A DNA stretch of 62,628 bases, filler included, from Stramenopiles sp. TOSAG23-6 (lineage: Eukaryota), in NCBI GenBank assembly GCA_900128565.1. It is 10 parts of 10 records of this genome, joined end to end, with 100 filler letters (N's around TTAATTAATTAA, not from the genome) between each part and the next. Parts side by side here need not be neighbours in the genome. Positions count along the whole stretch, not along the records: positions 44,332 to 55,232 come from LT636287.1; positions 55,333 to 56,713 come from LT639142.1; positions 56,814 to 58,193 come from LT639143.1; positions 58,294 to 59,672 come from LT639144.1; positions 59,773 to 61,151 come from LT639145.1; 5 more parts are not named here. One strand, 5' to 3'. The notes under the pieces were generated by a model, which worked only from the letters and a program-made list of their open reading frames with translations, made no database searches and had not been told where the DNA came from. Below are positions 46,506 through 59,854 of the stretch, piece by piece. Numbering within the stretch: the first letter of the stretch is position 1; each line of letters opens with the position of its first letter. Both the position numbers and the translations under genes were made by a program.

Positions 46506-49073
46506 ATGATGAGTTCAACTGCTGGATATTCACCAGAATTTCCATCTTTTATGNTTCAAACTTTATCAAAACAACCAAAACCNANAAGTGCATCANCTGC
46601 TGATTTCAAAATTGAAAAAAAGTCGACCACGCCAATATCGAAAACACTGAAAGCTCTACATTTACTCAAGGGATGGCAAAAAGATAAATCACTTTCAGAT
46701 GAAGAATATTTGGTATCAAATAGCCTTCTCCAGCATCCAACTGAAAAAACATCTGTAATGATGACGGACAAAACTGGCAAAGAAAAACTCCGAAGAAAAA
46801 TCTCCTTAGTTTCCAAAAATCAAAAAGAAAAACAAAATGACGTAACCTATACCAATGATGATGATGATGATGAGGAGGAGGAGGAGGAGGAGGAGGATAT
46901 CATCATAATACGAGATTCGGTCTCAGTCACTGAAGAAGTCAAAAACTTTATGAAACTCAAAGGACTATCTAGATTTTTACCTGTTTTTCAAAATATTGGT
47001 ATAATTGAAATGTACGATTTTGTTCATTTCATCTCTCGAGCAATGTTACAAGTTGAGGGACTTGGCAACACTGACATTGAAATTATTATGAACGCTAGAC
47101 TAACACTATTACGTAATATTAAACAACATGCTTCAAATACCGTCATTTCAATGCGTGTATGTTTTATATGAATTTCTAATTTAATTTTTTTTTCATACGA
47201 AATTTGCGTGTGCCTCGATCTCTATCAACGACAAAATCAAAAAATAGTGTTCGGATTGTTGCTGGAGATTTCGTGATTGTTGAAAATGAAAATTTAAATT
47301 TAAATTTAAATTTAAATTTTGTAAAAGGGCAAAAAGAAACAAACAACTGGTCTAGATTTTATTTAGCAAAGGTTAAAAAAGTGCACCATCCGTCATATAA
47401 TAATTGTCAATTACAATTATTTGTTTCAACAACGTTTAATCCCAAAATATTTGTAATGACAAACTGGGTTTTTTTTGAATATTTTTCGAAAATAATTTCT
47501 GTTCAAGTTGAAGTAGACAAAGATTTAGGAGGTATCTTTTATTTTTTTTTTACAAAAAAAATGAATTTTTTTTTTCAATTTCAATGTTTTTTTTCGTACG
47601 AAATTTTGTACCTAACAAATTTTTTTTTAAGAAAATTTTGAAATATTTTCCAAAATACAGGTGCACGTATCTTGGATGAAATACCATTAGATATAGGCTT
47701 AGGAAATTTCTTTTCAAATAAAGATAAAATATTTAAACGTGATAAAGATGACGTTGACACTCTATTTGAAACATCTACATCTAGAGTAAGCCTATTAGAA
47801 TTATCCACAACAATGGCATCAAATGCATATATAAAATTATCTTGTAAATTTGTATTTGGGGTATACAAAGATACNATGTACGTTTTCACAATTAATTTCA
47901 AATTTAATTTTTTTTTTAATAGAGAATTTTGTACCTAACGATTTTTTTTTATTATCCAAAAAAAAAAAAAAAATATTTTTCACAATACATGAATGATAAT
48001 AATGGTATTAGTAAGACAATTGTTAATGTTGCACTAGATGAGTCTTTCTTCAATGAAGAAGATGTAACAGGAGCTATTCATGAAATTCTATGCTTACCAG
48101 GCTTGCAATGCAAAATGACGAATATTTCTCCATATAAATTGTTCGGTACTGAAATGCATAATGACTTAAAAAGTTTAATCGGCAATTCAACTGAGAAAGA
48201 TTTCAATGATTGTTATATAATTACTTATAGTTTTCAAATTGATCCATATTATGTCGAAACTTGGAGACCAAAATCATCACTTACTGTTGAAATGTTGGTT
48301 TCTCATCTTGAGTTTCAATTAGGTGGTTTAGATGTAGGACATTCGTCACAAGAAATTATTTCTGAAACGCATGTATGTTTTATTTTTTTTTTTACATTTT
48401 TTTTTTACAAAAAAATCGAATTTATTTTTTTTTTCGTAAAAAAATTTTGTACCTAACAGATTTTTTTTTTCGTAAAATTTTTTTGAAATATTTTTTCAAA
48501 ATACATGGAAGTGCATCACATTCAAAATCACCAATGCAATTTTTTCGACTACACACAGGACTTAAGTACATCGGTTTGTTTCCAATAATAGTGACATCGA
48601 TAAAGAAACTTCCCTTTGCAGTACAAAAAGGAAATACTGTTGAAGATCTATGTAATACTCACGTGAATCAATTTGATATTGGTTCATTTGTCTATCTCAT
48701 AAACTATACAACTTCTACAAGTCTTGATGATAATGGAAAACATAATGTCCCTTTCATTGCGGGACAAGTGATGAGTGTCAATCGTGGTACGTATAAGCTA
48801 CGTATTTTTGTTTTCGATGAAAAAACTAGGACATATCATCCTATTAAGGAGACATCGCTCGCACCGGAAGAGACATTGACGAAATTTGAGGGCTTTCATA
48901 GGGACCTCAATGGTGATTGGAAATCAGAACACAAAATTTCTCCTCTTGGAGGAGCAGCTTCTATTCCGCGACGAGTGTATTCTGCTGCTATTAAAGAGGT
49001 ATTCAAAGGAATGACAAAATCAAACTTTGATAACTTAAGTATTAAAGTTGGTAAACCAGTCACAAAAAATTGA
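46506..49073 (+). CDS. SAM-domain-containing hypothetical protein; about 5 exons
   Basis: FMKLKGLSRFLPVF..IGI..M.D SAM-like motif; ORFs joined by family introns. Confidence 0.65.
47532..47660 (+). mobile_element. Family intron with canonical GT-AG ends
   Basis: ggag|GTATCTTTT...AAATACAG|gtgca. Confidence 0.88.
47878..47990 (+). mobile_element. Family intron GT-AT
   Basis: at|GTACG...CAATACAT|gaat, frame consistent. Confidence 0.85.
48373..48506 (+). mobile_element. Family intron GT-AT
   Basis: cat|GTATG...AAATACAT|gga, frame consistent. Confidence 0.85.
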
Positions 49074-49117
49074 AAACAAAACGTAAAATAAAAGAAAATT
49101 TTAATTGATACAATTTT

Positions 49118-51529
49118 CTAAAATGTATAAGGTGAAATACCTTTAGTACCCCACTCTTGAAGTAATGATACAGCTTCAATTTTTCGTAAAGGAATCTGAT
49201 CACATCCTCTGCCACCTTCTTTTTCATTTTTCCATGATAATTTTGTAAATACTAAAAGCTCTTTTTCGTTGACAGGCAAACGACAATTTATTCTTTGGAA
49301 ATCATCAATTGCCTGCCTAGATGCTGTCTTATTATCTATTTCCATCTCGGGGGAGTAATTTGCCCACTTTCTATTAAACCAAATCATTTTTTCTATTTGC
49401 GCTATCATTTTGCCTTCTTCATCATCTTCACCAATCCTTTTTGTACATGGATTTCCATCCAGTTTGAGCTCATGAAGAGTTGTATTTTTCCTTGCAAAAT
49501 CTCTTAATGTTTCCAATGTTGCAGAACTAATATAATTATTTGAAATATCAAGCATTTGCATTGGGTAAGGTTTACGTTGTTCCATCGCGGAAACTAGCTG
49601 TGAAATTCCTACATCCCCTATATTGTTATCATTCAAACTCAATAAACATATATATTGATTTGATGCAGTTGACAGCAGTGAGGCTATTTGTATAGCCCCG
49701 GAATCAGTGAGATTATTATGACCAAGGCCAAGACCAATCGTAAAAGTAGATATATTTGGAGACTTTGGTGACTCTAAAGCTACAATTAAATGGGATATTC
49801 CATCATCACCCAAATTATTACCCGAGAGATCCATACTCACAAATGTATTGTATTCATTCATTGCCATTAGGGTGGACGTTTCTATTTCTTTTTCACTTGA
49901 ATTTCCACCAAAATGTGTTGTTTTCAGTGCGCATTGTTTCAAAGCATTCAATAGAGCAACAGAACTAAACGCTGACAAGTCATTGAAACTAACGTTTAGA
50001 ATTTTCATATTTGAGGATGTCACCGATTCTAATGATTTTGCTAATGCGAATGCACCATCATCTTGAATTGCACACGCAGATATATTGATTGAAGTTAGCG
50101 ACTCGCTTATTTGCCTCTTTGCAAATGCTTCCGAGAGCGCTTTAATACCAATGGAGCCGAAGGTATTAAAAGATAAATCCAATGACTTTAGAGGCGCCGT
50201 ACCACAATAATTGGTATCCAAATCATTTTCAGTATCACGCCCCGAAAGAATTACTACAAGTGTATTAGCAATTGCACGCACTCCGGCTTCTCGAATAAAA
50301 TTCCCAGAGAGGTCTAGGTGTGATAGAATGTATTGTGAAAAAATAACTTACATTTGAAAATTGTTAGGGTATAGAATTTTCTATGAAAAACATATAAATT
50401 CGAAACTCATGATAATAACGTACATGCACATCGGTGTCATCAATACTGACGCTATCGATATAGCCCCAACATCGCCCAAACATGTATTACTCAGATTCAA
50501 TGAAGTGAGTGATACACCTGCACTAAGTACAGGAGCTAAAAATTGAACTCCCATATCTCCAATATTATTCTCAGCCAAATTAAGAATAGTGATTGGTAGA
50601 GGTTTCCTCATTCTATTTTTGAGCCAATTATGGTGCTTGTTGATGGCAAATTGATCAATTTGTGTCGGATCAAATTTACTTAACAGTGACACGGGATCTA
50701 AACTACTGGGAGCTTCTTCTAGAATCCCATGTCTATCCCCACGTAACATACAACTAAGAGTACGGAAAAACACTGGGCCCTTCAAAAAATTCAGTCCACA
50801 ATTACTAAGATCGATTGCTTTTATATTATTAGCTCCATGTGTTTTGGAAATACCAATTGAAGCTAGTATTATAGCTGCCCCAGTTGGTCCAATTGACGTA
50901 CCTGATAAATTTATAGTATAAGGTTGTTCTATAATGTCACGTGGATTTATATCTTTCTGAGAATTTAAAGTCTGCGGTATACCAATATTCCTCTTTTCAA
51001 TATTTTGCGTTACGTTTTGTAGACAAGAAGCTATTGCAAGAGCACCAAACATGCCAAGGTTTTCTCCAGAAAAATCTATTGCTCTTTCCCAACGTGTGAG
51101 TATTAACTCAGTGACAACTTTCTGAAATTCTTCCTCTTTTATATGTAACTGCTTTATATGTTCTGACAAGGTACCCGCTTGATTTAACATAATTTTTTGA
51201 GATATTTTATTGATTTTGGTGGCTATAGATGCACTCGTAGAGTTATTGAGTTCACAGACAGGTTTTATTTCGCCACAACACTTACTCTGCGCAGCTTTAC
51301 ACATCGTAACACTTGCATCGAAACACTTCACAGCAGCGTCGTACCAATTTAGCGCCAATTTTAGTTGCTGAGTATTCTGAGTTCTTTTTGTGCACGTTTC
51401 ATTATTTTGTTTTCTTTGTATTTCCTCTACGTGCACTTTTGTTTGTACGAGCTCACATTGGGATAGATCTACGCGAAGAAGCGCTGTTTGCCAATCCTTG
51501 AAATACTTGACGGTACTCTTGCTCAACAT
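49118..51529 (-). CDS. RNI-like leucine-rich repeat protein; 2 exons
   Basis: LxLxxNxIGDxG repeats. Confidence 0.88.
50328..50423 (-). mobile_element. Family intron GT-AT, 96 nt
   Basis: tgcat|GTACG...CAATACAT|tcta gives CILSHLDLSGN. Confidence 0.88.
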
Positions 51530-52094
51530 TTACGACAAAAATATTTCCTCTCTATACCTAACGTGTATATATTACAATGATCTTGCTCATGCATATATTC
51601 CTGTGTTTCTTTTCATATTAGAGTATTATTAGATATGACTGTAATGCTCGTTGTAAATTATTGGGTATAACCACAGTATATGCTTCTCCGAATAAAATTT
51701 CCAGAGGGTCTTTCTTTTTTAATTTTTTTAACTGACGAAAACGTACAACACTATGATGCCTACCTAGGAAAACATGTTTGTGCCATGTTTTTCTAGAAAA
51801 AAAAACTCAATTGCGTGTAACATACTTTTTATATTTTATAATACAATATATTTCATAGTATATTTCATAATATATTTCGCAAAATTAAATATTTTGTGCA
51901 TTTTCTTGAAAATTTTAAACAAGTAAATAACATAACATTCATTTTTTCATTCAAAAAATTCTTTCTCTTGTTAAAGGCTTGTTATTTTTTCATTCAAAAA
52001 ATTCTTTCTCTTGTTAAAGGCTTGTTATTTGTAATGTATCACACAAGGTATCCAAACCAAATGTAGCCGCACAATTCGATTTGTTTGTACCTTA

Positions 52095-55000
52095 TCATAA
52101 AGTATCCAAAAAATGTAATTGCGATTTGTCTCTTTTAGATTCAGCAGTGGATATAATTTCCTTGCGATCTGTATTGTTTTGATTTCTTGTTTTTTCTGTA
52201 ACAACTGCAGTTTTTACGATAGAAAATACATCATGTAATAATGCAAGAATTGACATAAACAATGCAACAATCATAGAATGAAAAGCATGTCCTGTCTTTG
52301 AGTCAAAAGTAGGTGATGTTGCTCTAGATTTCAATATGTCAAAATACGTTGAAATACAAAAGAAAACGATGACTAAATTCCCGACAAATTGCAAATTTGC
52401 ATTGATTTGTATTGCTTTCAGCTTTAATTTCGAAAAAGATTTGGTAAATGATATATAGTATTTGATGATGAGTGACATAATCATCATAATCATAAAAATT
52501 TCAATTATAATTATCTCAAAACTACCTTCAAAAACACCTGGGAAAATATTATATGAAGAAAAACAAGTTGTTTCATCTTGGTAATGTAAACAAGATTTCC
52601 ACATACCAATATACATCCGCAACTCAATGCTATAGCTGATACGTTGCCAAATTCCATTTATAGGTATCTCACCTAAATCAGTTGATTGTCCTACGATGTA
52701 GCAGATAAACATAACGCCATCAAATACAATGCTTAAAGTTTCATTTCTTTCAAATTTCGGAGTAGCATACTTACATAATACAACAAGTAAAATAATTGTG
52801 ATGAACAAAAACAAATAGACTGCAATTCGACCAACTATATTGTACCGGCCGTTGTCTCCTACTAAGCTATCTTTTCTTGCTGTATCTGAGCATGTTCCAT
52901 TTGCATAGCAAAACTGACCTATCTTACAGTTTGTTTTTGTATCATTTGCATGTGATGTAATTACTTTGTTTTTGCACAAACAATTGTCTTTATCCACGTA
53001 AAACTTCCCTAATCCTGGGTCACATTGAAATCCGAATCTACATGAATATAATGTAACGCCATTCATTCGAATAGGATAAAAAGCAGTTTCTATCGGTGGA
53101 TAAATTGTACATATTTTTGTACTTGTCCCATATGCGAAATGAGCACATTTCAACTCCAAACGCCTACATGTCTCGTAACACTCAAATAGTGTTGTCTCAA
53201 CGGGTGTAGCATAAGTACTCGTCCCTGGTGGATAACTTGTATTTTCTTGTATCATTTCACAATTTACAATGGTGTTTTGAGCGCGCGAAGGAAAAATATA
53301 CGAAACTGTTAGTGAAACATTCAAAGTTTTCTGTGTATCTTGTACACTCACACCTCTATCATACAACTCACAATATTTAGTTTCAGCGATATAAACCATT
53401 GCAGCACAAAATGAGTTGTCAATACATTTTGTATAACAATCATTAACCGATTGAATACCAGAGTGTCTAATCAGTAAATTTTTATATGTAGAATGATTGT
53501 TAAATTCACAATTTTGATACTGTACGGCATCCTTATCATTAACAAATTCATCAGTCTTCAACCCTTTACAATTATCCAACGATATGGAAACATGTTCATG
53601 TTCATGTTCTTCTCCATTTTCAGCAGAACATACTCCATCATGACACCACTTTGACTTTCCACAAGGAGTATCATTCAATTGTCCTAGACCGGCAAAAGCA
53701 GACATGGAACTACACCGATTTCCAATTCCGCATTTAAAATGACATAAATCCTTGGTTATACCACAAAAATCACCCACAGAATCCAAATTATCACAAAATG
53801 ATAATTCACAGACTCCACTTACACACATACCAATTCGTGTTTGAGATCCTACGTTCTGTGTACATGGCGTTCCTAATGTAAAGTATCCATTATCAGTACA
53901 ACAATCGCTACCAAAGATAGATTCAGGAGAACAATCTTTTCCGTCTTCTAATGTACAATTGTTACAATATTTGCATGAATTAGACTTATCCATACACTCA
54001 CATTCATCACCTCCTGATATAACACCGTCACCACAAACTGGTTTGTAAAGCTCTACTTGTTTTCCAACAATACATTTTTTCAAATTTCTTTCAAGAGTTT
54101 TACATGTTTTGTGAAAAAAAAATTTAGTTAAAAAAATTGTTAGGTACAAAATTTCGTATGAAAAAAAAAAAAATTAGAAATTCATATCAAACGTACATAT
54201 ATACTTTCTATTCCCTTTATGGAATTGATACACGTGATCTATTTGGAGACGATAGCCATAATCCATTATACCACCGATGTTTCCTGCTTTTCCCAATGGC
54301 CGATCATATATTGTGAATTTNGTTTTTGTAAAATTCGTTAGGTACGAAATTTCGTACGTAAAAAAAATAGGTAAAAAATTGAAAAAAAAAACGTACCCCG
54401 TTTTTAGGATCAAATAAATGTTTACCACCAAGACCATGACCTACTTCGTGAGCAAATGTTATCCAAGACAATTCTCCTTTTGTGACATTCGTGGCACCAA
54501 CATTCAGTATTTCGCACAGGCCTCCAGTATATGCGATTTTGTAAAAATATTTCAAAAAAAAAAACTAAAATTTGTTAGGTACAAATTTTTTTACCAAAAA
54601 AAAAAAATAAATTCGATTTTTTTGTAAAAAAAAAATAAAACGCACATGCGATACCTAAAGTTCTATCTATGTTATTATTAAGTTCAAAAATATGATACAA
54701 AGCATATTCTGAAGATACTTTTGTCGCCGCATTTACAACTCTCAATTTGGAAATTTGATCACCTAATTTTTTTGAATTTGTATTGTCATGTATTTTGGAA
54801 AAATATTTGAAAATTTACCAAAAAAAAAAAATTGTTAGGTACAAAATTTTTATAAAAAAAAAAGTTCAATTTCAAATTAAATAAAAAAATAAACATAAAA
54901 CATACATATGAAACATGTACTGTTAAATAATCCACTTTTTTGATTTTAAGCACAATATCAAATTGTTGCTTATATATTTGATTTGTCTTCTCAACAATTG

Positions 55001-55232
55001 ATGTGAGAAATTCGTTTGCTTTGTTTTGATTATTACCAAATGCTTGGAATAAGTTTTTCGTAACTGTGATATGTATAAGAAGAGTCTCAGGTACTGTATT
55101 GTGAAAAAAAAAAAAAAAAAAATTGTTAGGTACAAATTTTACTATGAAAAAAAAAAACTCAAAAAAAAAAAAAAAAAAAATCATGATGAAAAAAAAATTT
55201 GTCCTGTACATGGTTTCCCCTCATCGATTTTT
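52095..55232 (-). CDS. ADAM-like (M12B reprolysin) metalloprotease with disintegrin-like, PAN/apple-like and claudin-like C-terminal regions; 5' end truncated
   Basis: AHEVGHGLGGKH, Met-turn GIMDY, CGDGVISGGDECEC, GMWKSC plus several TM helices. Confidence 0.88.
54104..55209 (-). mobile_element. Five family introns: 54104-54196, 54306-54396, 54531-54645 and 54788-54905 (GT-AT); 55094-55209 (GT-AG)
   Basis: Removal gives one frame including LGIAYTGGLC and KYICKTL. Confidence 0.85.
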
Positions 55233-55332
55233 NNNNNNNNNNNNNNNNNNNNNNNNNNNNNNNNNNNNNNNNNNNNTTAATTAATTAANNNNNNNNNNNN
55301 NNNNNNNNNNNNNNNNNNNNNNNNNNNNNNNN

Positions 55333-55489
55333 GAAGTTTTTCTAGTAAATCAGAACCGATTGCATTGAACGCTGTATCCTGGTTACTTCCCGTAACTAAG
55401 GACGTAAAAGAATTACTATTGTTTTTTACCCATTCTGGAATCTCATTGTTGAATGAATCGGGTCGAACACGTACGTAAACTGATACCAT
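55333..55489 (-). CDS. Kinesin motor N-terminal fragment
   Basis: MVSVYVRVRP...NQDTAF..IG..L. Confidence 0.7.
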
Positions 55490-55928
55490 ATTTGTCTTTT
55501 TTGTCTTTTTTGTCTTTTTTGTGTTTTTCATGATATGATGTACTAGTAGAGTTTTCTTTTTACATATCTACAACTGTGTGAAATGTCTTTCTGTGTTTTA
55601 TATATATTGTATGGTACCTATAAGATACACGTACTCTGTTAAATGGTGGTTTGTATTTATAAATTGTACTGTAAATACAAGGAGATAAAAATAAAATATA
55701 TTCAATATTGTTGTGGGTATGTTAATAGGCTAGGCCTATGTCTCTCTCTATTCTCTCTCTTTTGCCATCACATCATCTTTCTTCTTTGACTTGTTGGACA
55801 GTTACTTTTTTAAGATACCCGGTTCCCTTGGTCTTTGAGTCACCAACGAAAAAAAAAAATGCAAAAAGGAAAATTTTCAAAAATTTTCAAAAAATTAAAC
55901 TTTTATACAAAAACTAAATCTTAATTTC

Positions 55929-56262
55929 TTAAATACGTTCAGAAAAATACACAACGACAACAGTGATATCTTCAATATTATGCTTCCTTAATTTTGCATT
56001 TGCTTTTGCACCTTGTACTAAAGCAGTGACGGCATATTTTGTGAAAAAAAAAAACATTACATTTTGTTAGGTACAAAATTTCGTACCAAAAAAAAATTAA
56101 AATTTTTACATTGAAATTCATGATAAAAATGTACATGCTCTGGTTTAATATAACTTCCAACTATATTGCAAACTGTTTCCATAGTCATATATTGTAAAAG
56201 AGCATGTTTTGTAAAGATATATACAAAAAAATACAATGTTTTTATTAGGTACGAAATTTTGT

Positions 56263-56309
<47 letters not shown>

Positions 56310-56531
56310 TGTGACTTGAACAATTTTCAATTTTCAATTTTCAATTAAAAAAAAAAATTGAAATTTTTGGAAATTAAAATCTTTCAACAATACAATTATT
56401 GAAACTAAACAATGAAGTGTAAACAAAAAAAAATGAATTGTAAAAAACGAACATGCGTGCTACACACAAGAAATCGATCCTGGACCAAAAGTTTTCTCTT
56501 TACAACACAAGGGTCTGAAATAATACCTAGA
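55929..56531 (-). CDS. PP2C-like C-terminal exons (partial); family GT-AT introns 56034-56134 and 56204-56452
   Basis: GIISDPCV...DRFLVCSTHALLQYM...AVTALV...EDITVVVVYF. Confidence 0.7.
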
Positions 56532-56647
56532 ATATAAATAATATTTTTTTTTTTTTTTTTTTTTTTTTTTGGTATGAAATTTCGTAAAAAAAAAAAAAAA
56601 AATTTTTTTTTTTTTTTTTTGTATGAAATTTTTTTTGAAAATTTTTT

Positions 56648-56679
<32 letters not shown>

Positions 56680-57020
56680 GTTAGGTATGAAATTTCGTAT
56701 GAAAAAAAAAATTNNNNNNNNNNNNNNNNNNNNNNNNNNNNNNNNNNNNNNNNNNNNTTAATTAATTAANNNNNNNNNNNNNNNNNNNNNNNNNNNNNNN
56801 NNNNNNNNNNNNNCAGAAGGCCCTCAAGTGTTATTCTGCTCGATATCGGATATTTACCAATCGATTGAGTAACACCTAGCGCAAGCTAAGATTCAATTCA
56901 GGGCTGTTAAAAGAGTTCTGAAACATCAATAAGAAATATTGCTTATCAAAGATTGCAATATATAGTGCTAAGTTGTTGGCTTTCATATTCTTACCGTGTG
57001 TGTCATTGTTTCTCTTGGAT

Positions 57021-58193
57021 ATGGCATCTCGTTCCCACCAAAGTGAATTCCACGAGACGGATTTACTTGATTCTCTATTTTCGTTCGACGGAATGAACGG
57101 TGATGATATAAAATTTAACCCTCAATCTGATGTATCAGTGAATAATTTCTTTGCGTCTCTAGACTCTGACCATCTTCTCAGTAACTTTGAGACAGGCGTA
57201 AGTCATACTAGTCGACAACGGCATAACATTTCTAATGAACTTTTTAGCGGTATATGCACGGGAGTTCCTCCTATAAGTTCATTTTCTTGTGAGACCAACA
57301 TACAACCATTTTCTCGTATATCGAAACATGACGATTCGTCAACAACTTTCAAATTATCTCCGGTGGTCGCAAACGCTGCTGCTTCGTCTGAACGAAAAAT
57401 ATGTACTTCACGGTTAGGGTTAGGGTTAGCTGCTTCGTCTGAACGAAAAATGTGTACTTCACTGTTACGTCACACAAACTTACATATGAGTACTTCCCAT
57501 AATCTGAACTGTACTGATAGAAGCAGATTGCGTTCAAAATCACCGTCTAAACGTCTGTGTAAATTTAGTCCAAAGTCTCGAATACAAAAATCTCATATAA
57601 AAAGGAAGAGATCGGTATAAAGTAGATTCTATATTGCCGGGTAAATCACAGACGCGTATATATAGCAAAACATTTGGGTCTGCAACGAATCAAGCATTTA
57701 GTTTTCCATCTAAATCCACTATAGATGATTTAGCTTTCAAAACAAAGAAAAAGTCGAAAAAGAAGAAAACGAGTAAAAAAAAAACATGGAAACAACCGGA
57801 AAATGTTAATGTAAAAAGTAAATCAAAAACAAAACCATTGAAACAATCGGAAAATGTTAATGTAAAAAGTAAATCAAAAAATGAAGATTTTACAGTAAAA
57901 AGTGGGGTGTTGCATAAGACTCAAAATACATTCAAAACGATTAATGAACTCGATGAATACGATATAGTGCAAATATTTGGTCAGCCTACAACTAAAAATA
58001 TTGAAAATAATATTGAAGAATGTGCTTATACGCCATTTAGTGCACCAGAAAAAAGCATATATAGTACGCATTCGCCGCTTTCTAAAAATATCCGTAACGT
58101 AATGCCATGTTCTCCTCCAACGACTCCAAAGTTGATACCAGAAACGCATTTAAATCAATCTGTTGATAAATCCAATGATAATTTTAATAGTAA
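57021..58193 (+). CDS. Ser/Lys-rich hypothetical protein (partial); two ORFs separated by a frame break near 57620
   Basis: Consecutive long ORFs; junction unresolved. Confidence 0.45.
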
Positions 58194-58341
58194 NNNNNNN
58201 NNNNNNNNNNNNNNNNNNNNNNNNNNNNNNNNNNNNNTTAATTAATTAANNNNNNNNNNNNNNNNNNNNNNNNNNNNNNNNNNNNNNNNNNNNAAAAAAA
58301 AAATTTCCCAAAAAAAAAAATTTTTTTTTTTTTTTTTCCCG

Positions 58342-58375
<34 letters not shown>

Positions 58376-58379
58376 ATAC

Positions 58380-59475
58380 ATATTTGCTTTAAGAATAATT
58401 GAATGGGAAAAAGCATCAATGTTCTGTTTTGAACCCAATTGATCTTTTAATTTTTTTGTAATGATTAATCCAATATGTAAAATTGTAACTCTTGAAGGAT
58501 CATTCGAATAACAGTTTTGAAATGTAGTGATACTCAATTTTCTTTTTGACTGGTGATGATCTGTTTCAATGGAATGAACATTTTATATGAAAAAATATGT
58601 CACATTTTATTTTTTATACATTTTTGTTAGGTACAAAATTTCATATGAAACATTAAATTTGAAATTCATAATGAAAACGTACTTTTGTTATATGAAGTTT
58701 ATTCGACTTTTGAAGTGACCGAAAATCATATAACTGTCCTTGCCAAGTAAAAATACCATCCAATATGGCTCCTGTACTTTCGATACTTTGGTTAGGGTTA
58801 GGGTTTTCATGAATAAAATCAGGTAATAGCATTAATGTATTGTGAATTTTTTCTTTTTTTTTTGAAAAATTTGTTAGGTACAAAATTTCGTATGAAAAAA
58901 ATAAATTCGAAATTTAAAAGCAATAATAATGAAAACGTACATAAAGCTTTGTCTTTGTTGTTTTGCTTGTTCTGAATTGATTTTTTTACCGATGATATTN
59001 TTTTTGATGTTGTTGATTTTGTTGTGTAATAAGGTACATCCCAAAAAATATCATTTTTATCATTTTTATCATTTTTATCATTTTCAGTAGAATGTTTTGT
59101 AAATAAAGAATGATGGTGTGTATCTTTTTGTTTATGTAATATAAAATTGACATTTTCATCATCGAGTTCTAACTGTAAATGAAGTATTTCTGCTGCTTTA
59201 ACTTCCTTATGAGATAATCTCCGATGATGTCTTTTATTACCTTGAGTATACAATATATTATGTGGTTCATTAACTGGTGTTGTACCCAATTCATTCGATG
59301 TAAGTATTCGTAAATTAAATGTATTTTGATACGTCTGAGTATTTTCAGGTTCGGAAAAACTTTCGAGATGAATTTTTTGTAGTAGGTCTTTTTGGTCTTT
59401 TTGTACCAAAGAGTAACACTGTATGATGATTTGAATACACAACAGAATGAAAAGGAATTTCTGTGTCATTGTCAT
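58380..59475 (-). CDS. N-terminal exons of a secreted ADAM-like protein; family GT-AT introns 58835-58940 and 58580-58682
   Basis: Signal peptide and prodomain-like region; ILHIGLIITK...IILKAN resembles 55093-54960. Confidence 0.6.
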
Positions 59476-59772
59476 AGTACAAAATCTTTTCGCGAGTGGT
59501 TTTTTGTTTATTTCGTTTGTTTCGTTTCAATGGGAAGATTTTTACTACTACTACAAGGTTCCGTTGAGAATTTGGAAAGTTTATTGGACTTACAAAAAAA
59601 AAATCTTTTTTTTTTTGTTTGAAACTCCGAAAATATCGATATGTAACGTAAATATTCGTCGTTTCGGCGATTNNNNNNNNNNNNNNNNNNNNNNNNNNNN
59701 NNNNNNNNNNNNNNNNTTAATTAATTAANNNNNNNNNNNNNNNNNNNNNNNNNNNNNNNNNNNNNNNNNNNN

Positions 59773-59820
59773 AAAAAAAAAATTTCCCAAAAAAAAAAAT
59801 TTTTTTTTTTTTTTTTCCCG

Positions 59821-59854
<34 letters not shown>

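Noticed and set aside
51941-52030. Tandem repeat of about 44 bp; similar duplications at 33802-33890 and 14521-14620
   Set aside because: Ordinary local duplications with no further structure
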